This document shows, one piece after another, positions 50,394 through 61,868 of a stretch of 64,000 nt of DNA. The stretch spans positions 512,001 through 576,000 of the forward strand of contig CAVYBH010000008.1 of NCBI GenBank assembly GCA_963766715.1, read 5' to 3'. This DNA comes from an uncultured delta proteobacterium. Lineage in GTDB: Bacteria > Myxococcota > Myxococcia > Myxococcales > Anaeromyxobacteraceae. The notes beneath the pieces were generated by a model. The model had not been told where the DNA came from. It saw only the letters and a list, made by a program, of their open reading frames with translations, and made no database searches. The position numbers and the translations under genes are program-made. Every line of letters begins with the position of its first letter. Positions within the stretch are counted from its first letter, which is position 1.

Positions 50394-52166
50394 TCAGCCG
50401 CTCACCGGGCCCACCGCGGCCGCCGCCTCCAGCATCCCCGGGAAGCGCCTCGTCATCTCGCCGCGCACCTCGCGCTCGATGTCGTCGGCGAAGGTGAGCT
50501 GCAGGATCCGGTCGAGCAGCTCGCGCCCCTCCCGCGCGCTCGCGCTGCGGATCACCCGCTTCACGAGCGGGATGGACGGACCGTTCATGGAGAGCTCGTC
50601 GAGCCCGAGCCCGAGGAGCACGAGCGTGTAGAGCGGCTCGCCGGCCATCTCCCCGCACATCGCCACCGGCTTGCCCGCCCGGTGCGCGGCGTCGGTGATG
50701 GCGCGAAGGGTGCGGAGCACCGCGAGGTGGAGGGGCCGGTAGAGGTAGGCCACGTCCTTGTTCTGCCGGTCGACGCCGATGGTGTACTGGATGAGGTCGT
50801 TCGTGCCGATGGAGAGGAAGTCGACCTCCTCGGCGAGCCGGTCGGCGATCACCGCCGCGCTGGGGAGCTCGACCATGATCCCCACCGGCGGCAGCCGCCC
50901 CGGCAGGCCCTGGGCGGCCACCTCCTCGTGGGCCTCGAGGAGCATGCGCTTGGCGGCCCGGACCTCGGCCACGCCGCTCACCATGGGGAACATGAGCCGC
51001 AGGTTGCCGTGGGCCGCCGCCCGCACGGCGGCGCGCAGCTGGGCCCGGAAGAGGTCGGGGTGGCGCAGGCAGTAGCGAACCGCGCGAAGGCCGAGCGCCG
51101 GGTTCTCCGAGTGGTCCCTCTGGCCGGACGGGAGCTTGTCGCCGCCCAGGTCGAAGGTGCGGACCGTGACCGGACGCCCGCCCATGGCCTCGAGGATCTG
51201 CGTGTAGTCGCGGTAGTGATCCTCCTCGGAGGGGAGCGCGTCCTTGCCCATGTAGAGGAACTCGGTCCGGTAGAGCCCGACGCCCTCGCCGCCGTGGGAG
51301 ATGAGCCCGGGCACCTCCTCGCCGAACTCGATGTTGCCGAACATGCCGATGGTGACGCCGTCCACGGTCTCGGCCGGGAGGTCCTTCAGGCGCGCCAGGT
51401 CGGCCTCGGCCTCGAGGTGCCGGACGCGCGCCGCCTCGTAGTCCGCTCGCTCGCCGGCGGTGGGGTTCACCACCACCACGCCGCGGCCGCCGTCCACCAC
51501 GATCCAGTCGCCGCGCTCGGCGGAGGCGGTGGCCCGGCCCACGCCGACCACGGCGGGGATCTCCAGCGCCCGGGCCACGATGGCGGTGTGGCTGGTGATG
51601 CCGCCGGCGTCGGTGACGAGCCCGGCCACCTTGCCGTCGTGGAAGAGCAGCGCGGTGTCGGCCGGCGACAGGTCGCGGGCCACCACCACCGAGCCGTGCG
51701 GCGGAAGCTCGGCGACGTCCACGCCCTGGCCGAGCAGGTTCTTCACGATGCGCTCGCCGACGTAGTCGACGTCGGACCGCCGCTCCCGGAAGAACTCGTC
51801 GTCCGGATCGAAGGCCCCCTTGATCTTGCGGATGGCGCGCTTCACCGCCCACTCGACGTTCACCCGCTCCTCGCGGACCAGCCGCCGGACCTCGTCGACG
51901 AGCGACGGGTCGCGCAGCATGGCGCGGTGGACGTCGATGATGGCGACGTGCTCGGACCCCTCCGAGGCCTGCATCTTGGCGCGCACGCCGTCGAGCTGGT
52001 GCACCGACAGCTCGAGCGCGGCCTCCAGCCTCCCCAGCTCGGCCTCGACCTCCTCGGGAAGGACCTTTCGCCGCGGGGTCCGGACCTTGCGCCGATCCAC
52101 GGTCCAGCAGCGCCCGACCGCGATGCCGGGCGAGGCGGCGAGTCCCTGGAGCGTGGTCGAGCCCAT
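50394..52166 (-). CDS. ptsI: PTS enzyme I
   Basis: TSHTAI phospho-His, GLYRTEF, NPALGLR, SIGTNDL, MCGEM. Confidence 0.95.
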   Translation of the reverse strand: MGSTTLQGLAASPGIAVGRCWTVDRRKVRTPRRKVLPEEVEAELGRLEAALELSVHQLDGVRAKMQASEGSEHVAIIDVHRAMLRDPSLVDEVRRLVREERVNVEWAVKRAIRKIKGAFDPDDEFFRERRSDVDYVGERIVKNLLGQGVDVAELPPHGSVVVARDLSPADTALLFHDGKVAGLVTDAGGITSHTAIVARALEIPAVVGVGRATASAERGDWIVVDGGRGVVVVNPTAGERADYEAARVRHLEAEADLARLKDLPAETVDGVTIGMFGNIEFGEEVPGLISHGGEGVGLYRTEFLYMGKDALPSEEDHYRDYTQILEAMGGRPVTVRTFDLGGDKLPSGQRDHSENPALGLRAVRYCLRHPDLFRAQLRAAVRAAAHGNLRLMFPMVSGVAEVRAAKRMLLEAHEEVAAQGLPGRLPPVGIMVELPSAAVIADRLAEEVDFLSIGTNDLIQYTIGVDRQNKDVAYLYRPLHLAVLRTLRAITDAAHRAGKPVAMCGEMAGEPLYTLVLLGLGLDELSMNGPSIPLVKRVIRSASAREGRELLDRILQLTFADDIEREVRGEMTRRFPGMLEAAAAVGPVSG

Positions 52167-52167
52167 G

Positions 52168-52442
52168 TCAGCGCTCCCCGAAGCCGGACTCGAAGACCTT
52201 GGCCAGCGCCGCCAGCGCCGCCGGGTGCGTCCTCGCCCTCGCAGGTCACCACGACCGTCGAATCCCCTCCCGGCCGCCAGCGTGAGCACGCCCATGATGC
52301 TCTTCGCGTTGATCTGGAGCCCTTCCTTCTCGAAGAGGATCTCGCTGCGGAAGCGGTTCGCCGTCTGCACGATCATGGCGGCGGGGCGCGCGTGGAGCCC
52401 CAGCGAGTTGACGACGGTGAAGGTCTTCTCGACCCGATGCAT
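52168..52442 (-). CDS. ptsH: PTS phosphocarrier HPr; two indels near 52262 and 52224
   Basis: GLHARPA (His15), NAKSIMG (Ser46). Confidence 0.92.
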
Positions 52443-52445
52443 CTC

Positions 52446-53208
52446 TCAGTGTCCTCCGGGGAAGCGGGTGGCCAGGATGCCCGCGACGGCGCCGGCCGCC
52501 AGCGCGACGTAGGCGGTGGGCAGGAGCCGCGCGCGCAGGCGGAGGGCCAGGAGCCCCGCCGCGGCGGCGACGAGCGTCACCGCGCCGCCGGCGAGCGCCC
52601 AGCCGGCCGGTCGCGAGGAGCGCCAGGAGCCCCGCGCCCACGCCGGCGAGCACGACGCCGCCGTTGCGCAGCCGGCCGGCCCAGGCCGGGAGCGAGAGGG
52701 AGGCCAGCCGCAGCACCACCGCGTCGCCCGCCCGGTAGCCGGCCCGGAAGAGGCTCCAGCGCAGCCACAGGTGGAGCACGTTGTAGAGGAGGAGTGCGGC
52801 GACCAGCGCCGGCCAGCCCAGCGCCAGCGTGCCCACCGCGGCCAGCGCGCCGAAGAAGGGGCGCAGCCCGGCCCAGAAGAACCCGTCGCCCACCGCGGCG
52901 AGCGGCCCCTGCAGCACCTGCTTGTACTCGAGCGGCGCGCCGGTGGGCTCCTCGCCCGCGGCCACCCGCTCCTCGTGGTGGATGGCCCCGCCGACGATGG
53001 CGGCGGCCGTGTAGGGGTGGCAGTTGAAGGTGGCCAGGTGCCGTCGCAGCGCGGCGTTCCGCGCGCCGGGGTCGACGTAGAGGCGGCGAAGCGCCGGATC
53101 GATGGCGTAGGCGAAGCCCAGGTTCTGCATCCCGCGGCGGTTCCAGGCCGCCTGCAGGAAGAGGCACCGCCAGAAGACGCGCCGGAGCGTGGAGGCGGGG
53201 ACGCTCAC
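52446..53208 (-). CDS. Mannose-family PTS IID; indel near 52597
   Basis: QAAWN..GMQNLGF, FNCHP, GPLAAVGD.FFW. Confidence 0.88.
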
Positions 53209-53900
53209 CGGATCCCCCCGGCCAGCCAGCCCACCGCGACCGTGAAGGCGGCCGCCCCGGCGAAGAGCCCCACGCCGTGCTGGCTGCGGAAGGCCTGCGC
53301 CCCGGCCGCGGCGGCGACGCCGGTCAGCGCCGCCCATCCGTAGGCGAGCGGTCCGCTGGCGAGCGGCATCTCGTGGAGCACGCCGGGGATCACCCAGGCC
53401 GCGAGCCCCGCCGCCGCCGGCGCGAGCAGCGCCGAGACCGCGAAGGGCGGGAGGAGCCCGTAGAGGTTGGCGCGCATGGCGGCGCCCGGTGCGCCGCGAT
53501 CGAGGAGCGCCTCGGCCCGGGCGGCGAGCCGCACGTTCCACTCCTCGATGGCCCGGTCGGTCGTGCGCCCCACCGTGGCGAGCGCGCCCACGAGCGCCAG
53601 CGCCAGCGCCGCGACGGCCGGTGTGACGCCGGTGCCGAGCCCCTTGCCGGCGAGCACCGCGCCGGCGGCGATGGCCACGGTCCCGAGCGCCTCGTTGGGC
53701 GGGAGCGAGGCTCCCATGTTCACCGCCCCGAGCCAGAGCAGCTCGAGCGGCGCCCCGACGAGCAGCCCGCCGGACGGGTCGCCGAGCGCGAGCCCGGTGA
53801 TGGGCGCGAGCGCGATCGGTCGGGCGAGCATCGCCTGCAGGAAGCCCTTTCGCTCCACCGCCGCGAGGCCAGCCACCAGGGCAACGACGAGGTATTCCAC
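53205..53900 (-). CDS. Mannose-family PTS IIC
   Basis: RPI....TG..LGD, LELLWLG...GASLPP. Confidence 0.85.
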   Translation of the reverse strand: MEYLVVALVAGLAAVERKGFLQAMLARPIALAPITGLALGDPSGGLLVGAPLELLWLGAVNMGASLPPNEALGTVAIAAGAVLAGKGLGTGVTPAVAALALALVGALATVGRTTDRAIEEWNVRLAARAEALLDRGAPGAAMRANLYGLLPPFAVSALLAPAAAGLAAWVIPGVLHEMPLASGPLAYGWAALTGVAAAAGAQAFRSQHGVGLFAGAAAFTVAVGWLAGGIR

Positions 53901-53915
53901 GCGGGCCGGATCCTA

Positions 53916-54411
53916 TCAGCCGCCGGCGTTCCAGCGCCGCTCGATCTCGGCCAGCTCCACCGGCGCGTCGAGGGGCACGGCCCGGGCCTCGACCCGGAAG
54001 CCCGCCGCGGCCAGGCGCCGCAGTGCGTCGATCTCCGGAGCGGACAGGAAGACGGAGGGCGTGATCTGCCGTCTTTCCTGGGAATAGTGCACGTTTCCGA
54101 CGTTCAGCACCGGGGCCCGGGCCGGCGTCATCCCGGCGGCGAAGGCCCGCTCGGCCTCGGCGGTGTCCCGGACGACGACCAGGACGGGCTCGGTCGAGGC
54201 GGCCAGCGCCTCCCAGTCGACCGCCGCCGGCCGGCACCACCTCGGCCTCGACGCCGGGGGGCAGGGCCAGCGTCATGGCGGCCTGGGCGAGCGGGCTCCG
54301 GGACACCTCCTCGTCGGCCACCACCACCCGTCGCGCGCCGAGGTGCGGGACCCAGCCCACGAGCACCTGCCCGTGGACCAGCCGCTCGTCGATGCGCGCC
54401 AGCGCGATCAT
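53916..54411 (-). CDS. Mannose-family PTS IIB; indel near 54232
   Basis: RIDERLVHGQV, LNVGN. Confidence 0.88.
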
Positions 54412-54848
54412 GCCCCTCCCCCGCCGCCGGGCCCGGCGTCGCCGGACACCTTGGGGCGAAGGACCTCGCTCGCCAGGGTGATGTTCTTCTGGCCGTACGC
54501 GCAGATGAGCCGGGCCACGTCGCCGAGCCGGGCCCCGGGCGCCCGGCAGGTGGAGAGCTTGAGCAGCATGGGCAGGTTCACGCCGGCGACCACGTCCACC
54601 GTGTCGCCGAGGAAGCCCAGCGCCAGGTTGGCGGGCGTCCCGCCCAGCATGTCGGTGAGGACGAGCACGCCCTCCCCCTCGTCCACGTCCCGGATGGCGG
54701 CGGCGATCGCCTCCCGGGCCGCCTCGAGGGGGACCGAGGACGACACCGAGACCGCCCGCGCCCGCGGGAGCGGACCGACGATCCCCTCCGCGCAGGCCAG
54801 GGACTCCTCGGCGAGCCTGCCATGGGTCGCGATCACCACTCCGATCAT
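54408..54848 (-). CDS. Mannose-family PTS IIA
   Basis: IATHG, TDMLGGTP.N, GVNLPML. Confidence 0.9.
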   Translation of the reverse strand: MIGVVIATHGRLAEESLACAEGIVGPLPRARAVSVSSSVPLEAAREAIAAAIRDVDEGEGVLVLTDMLGGTPANLALGFLGDTVDVVAGVNLPMLLKLSTCRAPGARLGDVARLICAYGQKNITLASEVLRPKVSGDAGPGGGGGA

Positions 54849-54854
54849 CGCCGT

Positions 54855-55750
54855 TCACTCCTTGTCAACGTCGCGGTGCCAGACGCGCACCGGGATGCCG
54901 CGCTTGCCCAGGCGCGCGGCCAGCTCCGCGGCGATGGCCACCGAGCGATGTCGCCCCCCGGTGCAGCCGATGGCCAGGGTGAGGTAGGTCTTCCCCTCGG
55001 CCCGGTAGCGGGGGATGAGGAAGCCGGCCAGGTCCTCGGCCTTCTCCAGGAACCGCTGGGCGTCCTCCTGCCCGAGGACGAAGTCGCGCACCCGGGGCTC
55101 GGTGCCCGGAAAGGGCTTCAGCTCGGGGACGAAGTACGGGTTGGGCAGGAAGCGGACGTCGAGGACCATGTCGGCGTGGGCGGGGATGCCGGCCCGGAAG
55201 CCGAAGGAGACGAGGGTCACGCCCATGGCGTCGGCGCCGGGGCCCACGAAGCGGTTGTGCACGAGCCGCTTCAGCTCGTGCACGTTGAGGCGCGTGGTGT
55301 CGATCACCTCGTCGGCCGCGGCGCGGAGCCCGGCCAGCGCCTTGCGCTCGGCGGCGATGCCCTCGGGCACGCTGCCCGAGTCGCCGGCCAGCGGGTGGCG
55401 GCGGCGGGTCTCCGAGTAGCGGCGGATGAGCGAATCGTCCGTGGAGTCGAAGAAGAGGACGCTGACGTGGGCCCCCTTCCGCCGGAGGTCCTCGACCACC
55501 CGGGGCGCCTCGGGCAGGAAGCGCTGCTCCCGGGCGTCGACCACCAGCGCGATCCGGGACACCTCGCCGGCGGTGTGGCTGGAGAGCTCGAGCAGCTTCT
55601 CCAGGAAGACGATGGGGAAGTTGTCGACGCAGTAGAAGCCGCCGTCCTCCAGCGCCCGCAGCGCCGTGCTCTTCCCGGAGCCGGACACGCCGGTCAGGAT
55701 CACGACGTGGGTCTGCGGCGAGCCGCGGACCTCCTCGGGCTTCACCGGGC

Positions 55751-55754
<4 letters not shown>
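54855..55754 (-). CDS. rapZ: RNase adapter RapZ/YvcJ
   Basis: [34 protein letters not shown]. Confidence 0.93.
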
Positions 55755-56716
<962 letters not shown>

Positions 56717-56866
56717 CGACGCGGAGTCTAACGCGCACCCCGGGCCGCGTCGACCGGACGGCCGGGAGCCTCCGCCCGGGCACGGGCCCTCCGGACGGGG
56801 CGTGGGCCCGCCCTGGAACCTTTCGTTGACGGGGGTGCGGCGCGACCCTTAGATCCGTCGCGCGGA

Positions 56867-57839
56867 ATGCGCGCCCGGATCCTCTACCATGCGAACTGCT
56901 TCGACGGCTGCGCCTCGGCGGCGCTGCTGGGGCGCTTCCTCCAGGCGCGCGAGGGGGCCCGGCTCACCGCGATCGAGCACCTGCCGGTGCAGCACCAGCC
57001 GGGAGATCCCATTCCCCCGGGCGCCCTGTCCGCCGACGTGAACGCCATCGTCGATTTCCGGTACTCCACCTCGCCGCGGCTCGACTGGTGGTTCGACCAC
57101 CACGCGAGCGCCTTCCAGCCGGCCTCCGACCGGGCCCACTTCGAGGCCGACCGCTCCGGCCAGCGCTTCTGGGACCCGGCCGCACCCTCCTGCACCGGCT
57201 TCATCGCGCGGGTGACGCGCGAGCGATTCGGGTTCGAGGCGCCCGACCTGGCCGAGCTGGTGCGGTGGGCCGACGTGATCGACGCCGCCAGCTTCCCGTC
57301 CGCCGACGTGGCGGTGAAGCTCGAGGAGCCGGCGCTTGCGCATCATGACCTTCCTCGAGTCGACCCGCGACCCCGAGGCGCCGGGGCGGCTCATCGAGGC
57401 GCTCCGCACCCGGCCGCTCGCCGAGGTGGCGGCGCTGCCCTGGGTGAAGGAGCCGCTCGCGCCGGTGCTCGACCGCCACTTCCGCTCCATCGACGCCATC
57501 CGCGCCGCGGCGCGGCTCGAGGACGGGGTGGCCGTGCTGGACCTGGCGGCGGCCGGCCTGGAGGCCGGGAACAAGTTCGTCCTCTACTGGCTCTTCCCCC
57601 AGGCCCGCTACACGGTCACGGTCTCCCACGATCCCAAGCGCGCCAAGGTCTCGGTGGGCTCGAACCCCTGGGCGCGGCCCGAGCGGGCCCACGACATCTC
57701 CCGGATCTGCGAGCGCTACGGCGGCGGCGGCCACCCGGTGGTCGGCGCGGTGTCGCTCGACCCGGGCCGCCTCGACGAGGCCCGGCGCATCGCCTCCGAG
57801 ATCGTCACCACGCTCCAGGGCCCGCCGGAGGGCGCATGA
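56867..57839 (+). CDS. DHH/DHHA1-family phosphoesterase; indel near 57337
   Basis: YH..CFDG, VDF, FDHH; C-terminal YGGGGH. Confidence 0.8.
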
Positions 57840-58216
57840 CGCCCGGCCAGTACATCCTGGTGGTCGACGACGACGACGACTTCCGCGAGGCCCTCTGCGA
57901 GGTGGTCTCCGAGGCCGGCTACCCGGTGGAGCAGGCCGAGAACGGCGAGGTGGCGCTCGCGCGCATCGCCGCCGAGGCGCCGGGCATCGTCCTGCTCGAC
58001 CTCAAGATGCCGGTGCTCGACGGCTGGGGGGTGGTCGAGCGGCTCCGGAAGGACCCGGCCACGGCGGCCATCCCGGTGCTCATCCTCTCGGCCTACGGGT
58101 TCGAGTGGGAGTCGGAGCTGCTCGGCGCGCAGGGCTTCATCCCGAAGAGCGTCGGCATGGAGGAGATCCTCGACCGCCTCCGGCGCGTCGCGGGACCTCC
58201 GCCCATGCACCACTGA
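57836..58216 (+). CDS. Single-domain response regulator
   Basis: VVDDD, LLDLKMP, LSA, K; ATGA overlap with the DHH gene. Confidence 0.88.
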   Translation: MTPGQYILVVDDDDDFREALCEVVSEAGYPVEQAENGEVALARIAAEAPGIVLLDLKMPVLDGWGVVERLRKDPATAAIPVLILSAYGFEWESELLGAQGFIPKSVGMEEILDRLRRVAGPPPMHH

Positions 58217-58236
58217 TCCAGCGCCCCCGAGGCCAC

Positions 58237-58671
58237 ATGCTCTCCATCGTCCTCTTCCTGCACTCAATCCTCCGCTGGGCCGTCCTCCTCGCCGCCGGCT
58301 GGGCCACGCTCGCCGCGCTGCAGGGAGGGGGCGCCGGCCGGAGCTGGACGCGCCGGGCGCGCGTCCCGGGCGTCGTGCTCGCCGCCGTGGCGGACCTCCA
58401 GCTGCTGCTCGGCCTGGCCCTCTGGCTCGCGCTGTCCCCCTACGCCATCACCCGCGGCATCCAGTCGCACTACTGGTCGCTCGCCCACCCGCTCCTGGGC
58501 ATCACGGTGGTGGTGCTCGTGCACGTGGGGAGCGTCCTCGTCCGGCGCCGGCTCGACGACGGCGCGCGCTGGCGGACCGCGGCCCGCTTCTACGGCGCGG
58601 CGCTGGCCGTGGCGCTCCTCGCCGTTCCCTGGCCGTTCCTGTCCTCGGGCCGCTCGCTCCTGCCGTTCTAG
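58237..58671 (+). CDS. Four-transmembrane membrane protein
   Basis: LHSILRW, DLQLLLGL, HP; hydrophobic helices. Confidence 0.7.
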   Translation: MLSIVLFLHSILRWAVLLAAGWATLAALQGGGAGRSWTRRARVPGVVLAAVADLQLLLGLALWLALSPYAITRGIQSHYWSLAHPLLGITVVVLVHVGSVLVRRRLDDGARWRTAARFYGAALAVALLAVPWPFLSSGRSLLPF

Positions 58672-58678
58672 CGCCCGG

Positions 58679-59900
58679 CTACCCGTCCCGGCCGCCGCGC
58701 GTGGGCCAGCGGATCCGGGCCCGCAGGGTCTCCGGCGCGTGCTCCGCCAGCGTGGCCGGCTTCACCGCCCCCTCGCCGAAGCGATCGGCGAGCGCGTCGA
58801 TGGCCGCGTTCAGGGCCGCCCGCTTCCCGTCCGTCGGCGCGTCCGCGCCGAAGAGGCCGAGCTGGGCCGATCCCTCGTCGAAGCCGGAGACCGCCACGCC
58901 GGTCAGCCGCACCGGCCGCGACAGGTCGGCCCGGGAGAGGTCCTCCCGGATGGCCCGGTAGATCTCGGCGGCGTCGTCGGTGCCGGCGCCGAGCGTGGCC
59001 CGGCGGGTGACCTGCTCGAAGTCGGCGTACTTCACCTTGAGTGTCACGGTGCGCCCGCGCAGCCCGGCCTCGCGCAGCCGGCGGGCCACCCGCACGCACT
59101 GGTCGAGCAGCTGGGGCAGGAGCGCCTGCTCGCCCGGCCAGGTCCCGCTCGAAGGTGTCCTCGGCGCCGATCGACTTGGCCTCCTCGTCCGGGACCACGG
59201 TCCGGGGGTCGTCCCCGCGGGCGAGCGCCCGCATGTGCGCTCCCTGCGAGCCGAACCGCTCCACGAGCACCTGCTCGGGGAACCGGGCCAGCTCCCCGAT
59301 GGTGGCGATGCCCAGCGCGCGCAGCGCCTGCTCCGTCACCCGGCCCACGCCCCACAGGCGCGAGACGGGCAGGGGCGCCAGGAACCGTGCCGTCTCTCCG
59401 GGCGGGACGGCGACGAGCCCGTCCGGCTTGCCCAGGTCGGAGGCGATCTTCGCCGCCATCTTGCAGTCGGCGATCCCGGCCGAGACGGTGAGCCCGGTGC
59501 CGGCGCGGACCTCCCGCTTCAGGGCGGCGGCGATGGCCTCCGGCTCCCCGTGCAGCGCGCGGCTGGCCGTCACGTCGAGGAAGGCCTCGTCGAGGGAGAG
59601 CGGCTCGACGAGCGGGGTGTAGCGCCGGTAGAGGCCGAACACGGCGCGGGACAGCTCGCCGTATCGCTCGAAGCGCGGCGGGAGGAACACGCCGTCCGGG
59701 CAGCGGCGCCGCGCCTCGGCGGTGGGCATGGCGGAGCGGACGCCGAAGCGCCGCGCCTCGTAGCTCGCCGCGCAGACCACGCCGCGCCCCGAGGTGCCCC
59801 CCACGATCACCGGGCGTCCGCGAAGCCCGGGGTCGTCGAGCTGCTCGACCGACGCGTAGAAGGCGTCCAGGTCGAGGTGGAGGATGGCGGGCACACCCAT
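58679..59900 (-). CDS. dinB: DNA polymerase IV; indel near 59135
   Basis: HLDLDAFYASVE, SYEARRFGV, SLDEAFLD, KPDG, VTLKVK. Confidence 0.93.
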
Positions 59901-60013
59901 CCTCTATCACCGCCCTCCCCCGCCCCCCGGGCCTCGGGCCCCTCCTCCGGGTAGCCCCCATTGGGTCCACATTCACCCGGGCCAGGGATAATCGTGGACC
60001 TTATAGGTCCATC

Positions 60014-60042
60014 TTGACGTGAATCAATTATTGTCCGACAAT
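60014..60042 (+). promoter_or_regulatory. Promoter of the TetR gene with a palindrome over the -10
   Basis: TTGACG-17-GACAAT; ATTGTC-C-GACAAT at 60030-60042. Confidence 0.55.
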
Positions 60043-60074
60043 TCTCGGTCTCAGCAGGGCAGAGGAGGTGCTTC

Positions 60075-60692
60075 ATGGAAGCGACTGGCACGACACCTGG
60101 AGCGGCTCCGGGAGGGCGCATCGCCTCGCGTCTCTGGACCGCGGCCCGGACCGAGTTCTCCAGCCGGGGATATCACGGCGCACGCGTGCAGGGCATCGCC
60201 AAGCGGGCCGGCTGTAACGTGGCGCTTCTCTATCGCCACTGGGCGTCGAAGCGGGCGCTCTACGTCGAGATCCTGAAGTCCATCTGGGTCGAGGGCGCCG
60301 AGCAGATCGGCGGCATGCTCGAGACGTCGGGCGGGGCCCGGGGCGTGGTGTCCGCCTACCTCGAGACGCGCATGAAGGACCCCGAGGCCTCCCAGATCGT
60401 GATCCGGGAGCTCCTCGACGGCGGTCCCTTCCTCCGCGAGATCATCGCGGCCGACCCCACCGTCGTGCAGCCCATGAAGCGGGTCGCCGAGGTGCTGCGC
60501 CAGGGCAACGGCCACCAGCTCCGCGCCGGCGTCGACGCCGAGATGGCCGCGCTGACCATCGCCGGCTTCGCCGCGCTGGTCGGTGCGGCGCACGACTCGG
60601 CCCAGGCCTTCTTCGAGACCGGGTCGCCGTCGAGCGACAGCTGGAAGTCGCACGTCTCGGACCTGCTGCTGCACGGTCTCGAGGCCACCTAA
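60075..60692 (+). CDS. TetR/AcrR-family regulator
   Basis: AA..EF..RGY.G......IAKRAG....LY.HW.SK..L helix-turn-helix. Confidence 0.9.
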   Translation: MEATGTTPGAAPGGRIASRLWTAARTEFSSRGYHGARVQGIAKRAGCNVALLYRHWASKRALYVEILKSIWVEGAEQIGGMLETSGGARGVVSAYLETRMKDPEASQIVIRELLDGGPFLREIIAADPTVVQPMKRVAEVLRQGNGHQLRAGVDAEMAALTIAGFAALVGAAHDSAQAFFETGSPSSDSWKSHVSDLLLHGLEAT

Positions 60693-60752
60693 GCAGACCG
60701 CGGACGCTCGCGGCTCTTGGCCGCGCGCCTGCCCGGCGCTACCTTGCGGGCC

Positions 60753-61868
60753 ATGGGATCGGACGTGGTGGTGGTCGGCGCCGGCCTGCAGGGCTGCGGG
60801 GTGGCGCTCCGGCTCGCCCAGGCGGGATGGAACGTGCGGGTGCTCGAGCGGAGCATCCCGGGCGCGGAGGCCTCGAGCGCGGCCGGGGGCATCCTCTCGC
60901 CGGGCGTCGAGGCCGAGCCCGGCCCATTCCACGATCTGTGCGAGCAGTCGCTGGGCCGCTGGCGGAGCTTCGCCGAGGAGGTGGAGCGCCTCTCCGGGAC
61001 CTGGGTCGGCTTCCGCGCCGGCGGCACGCTGGAGGTCTCGCTCGACGACCGCTTCACGCCGGTGCTGGCCTCGCGCGCCGCGCAGCTCGAGCGGGCCGGG
61101 CTCGACGTGGAGATCCTCGACGGCGAAGGCGCCCGCCGCCTCGAGCCGGGGCTCTCCCCGGAGACCCGCGGCGCGCTCTTCTTCCCTTCCGAGGCCTCGG
61201 TGGACCCGCGCCTCCTCGGGCGCGCGCTCCACGCCGCGGCGGCGCGGGCGGGCGCCGTCTTCGTGCAGGGACAGGTCCGCGGGATCGCGACCGAGGCCGG
61301 GCGCGTCGTGGGCGTCGACCACGAATCGGGCCGGCTCCCGGCGGATGCGGTGGTGCTCGCCGCCGGCGCCTGGTCGATGCAGGTGGAGGGCAACGACCTG
61401 CCGGCCGGGGCGGTGCGCCCGGTCCGCGGCCAGATCGCCGTGCTCGACACGCGCCCCCCGCTCCTCTCCCGGGTGGTCTTCTCCGACAAGGGCTACGTGG
61501 TGCCTCGCCCGGACGGGCGCGTCCTCTGCGGCTCCACCATGGAGGAGGCGGGGTTCGAGAAGGCGGTGACCGCCGGCGGCCTGCTGCGCGTCCTGGAGCT
61601 GGCCGTGGAGGTGGCGCCCGGCCTCGCCAGCGCACCGGTGGTGGAGACCTGGTCCAACTTCCGGCCGGCCACCCCCGACGGCCTGCCCATCCTCGGGCCG
61701 GGGCGCGTGGCCGGGCTCTTCTACGCCACCGGCCACTACCGCAACGGGGTGCTGCTCACCCCGGTCACCGCCGACGCCGTGAGCGCCGCCGTCCTGGGGC
61801 GCGCCACGCCGGTCGACCTGGCGCCCTTCGGGCCGGCGCGGCTCGCGCCCCGGGGGCCGCCGCGATGA
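60753..61868 (+). CDS. thiO: Glycine oxidase ThiO-like FAD oxidoreductase
   Basis: VGAG..G, ASSAAGGIL, PVRGQ, RPATPD, GHYRNGVLL. Confidence 0.85.
   Translation: MGSDVVVVGAGLQGCGVALRLAQAGWNVRVLERSIPGAEASSAAGGILSPGVEAEPGPFHDLCEQSLGRWRSFAEEVERLSGTWVGFRAGGTLEVSLDDRFTPVLASRAAQLERAGLDVEILDGEGARRLEPGLSPETRGALFFPSEASVDPRLLGRALHAAAARAGAVFVQGQVRGIATEAGRVVGVDHESGRLPADAVVLAAGAWSMQVEGNDLPAGAVRPVRGQIAVLDTRPPLLSRVVFSDKGYVVPRPDGRVLCGSTMEEAGFEKAVTAGGLLRVLELAVEVAPGLASAPVVETWSNFRPATPDGLPILGPGRVAGLFYATGHYRNGVLLTPVTADAVSAAVLGRATPVDLAPFGPARLAPRGPPR

Noticed and set aside
50394..52442. Apparent HPr-enzyme I fusion
   Set aside because: The HPr C-terminus is recovered in other frames after two indels and ends in TGA at 52168-52170. 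The linker in the fused ORF is out-of-frame sequence.
56867..58216. Apparent DHH-receiver fusion protein
   Set aside because: The DHHA1 half lies in the 57336-57839 frame. The fused reading passes through out-of-frame sequence.
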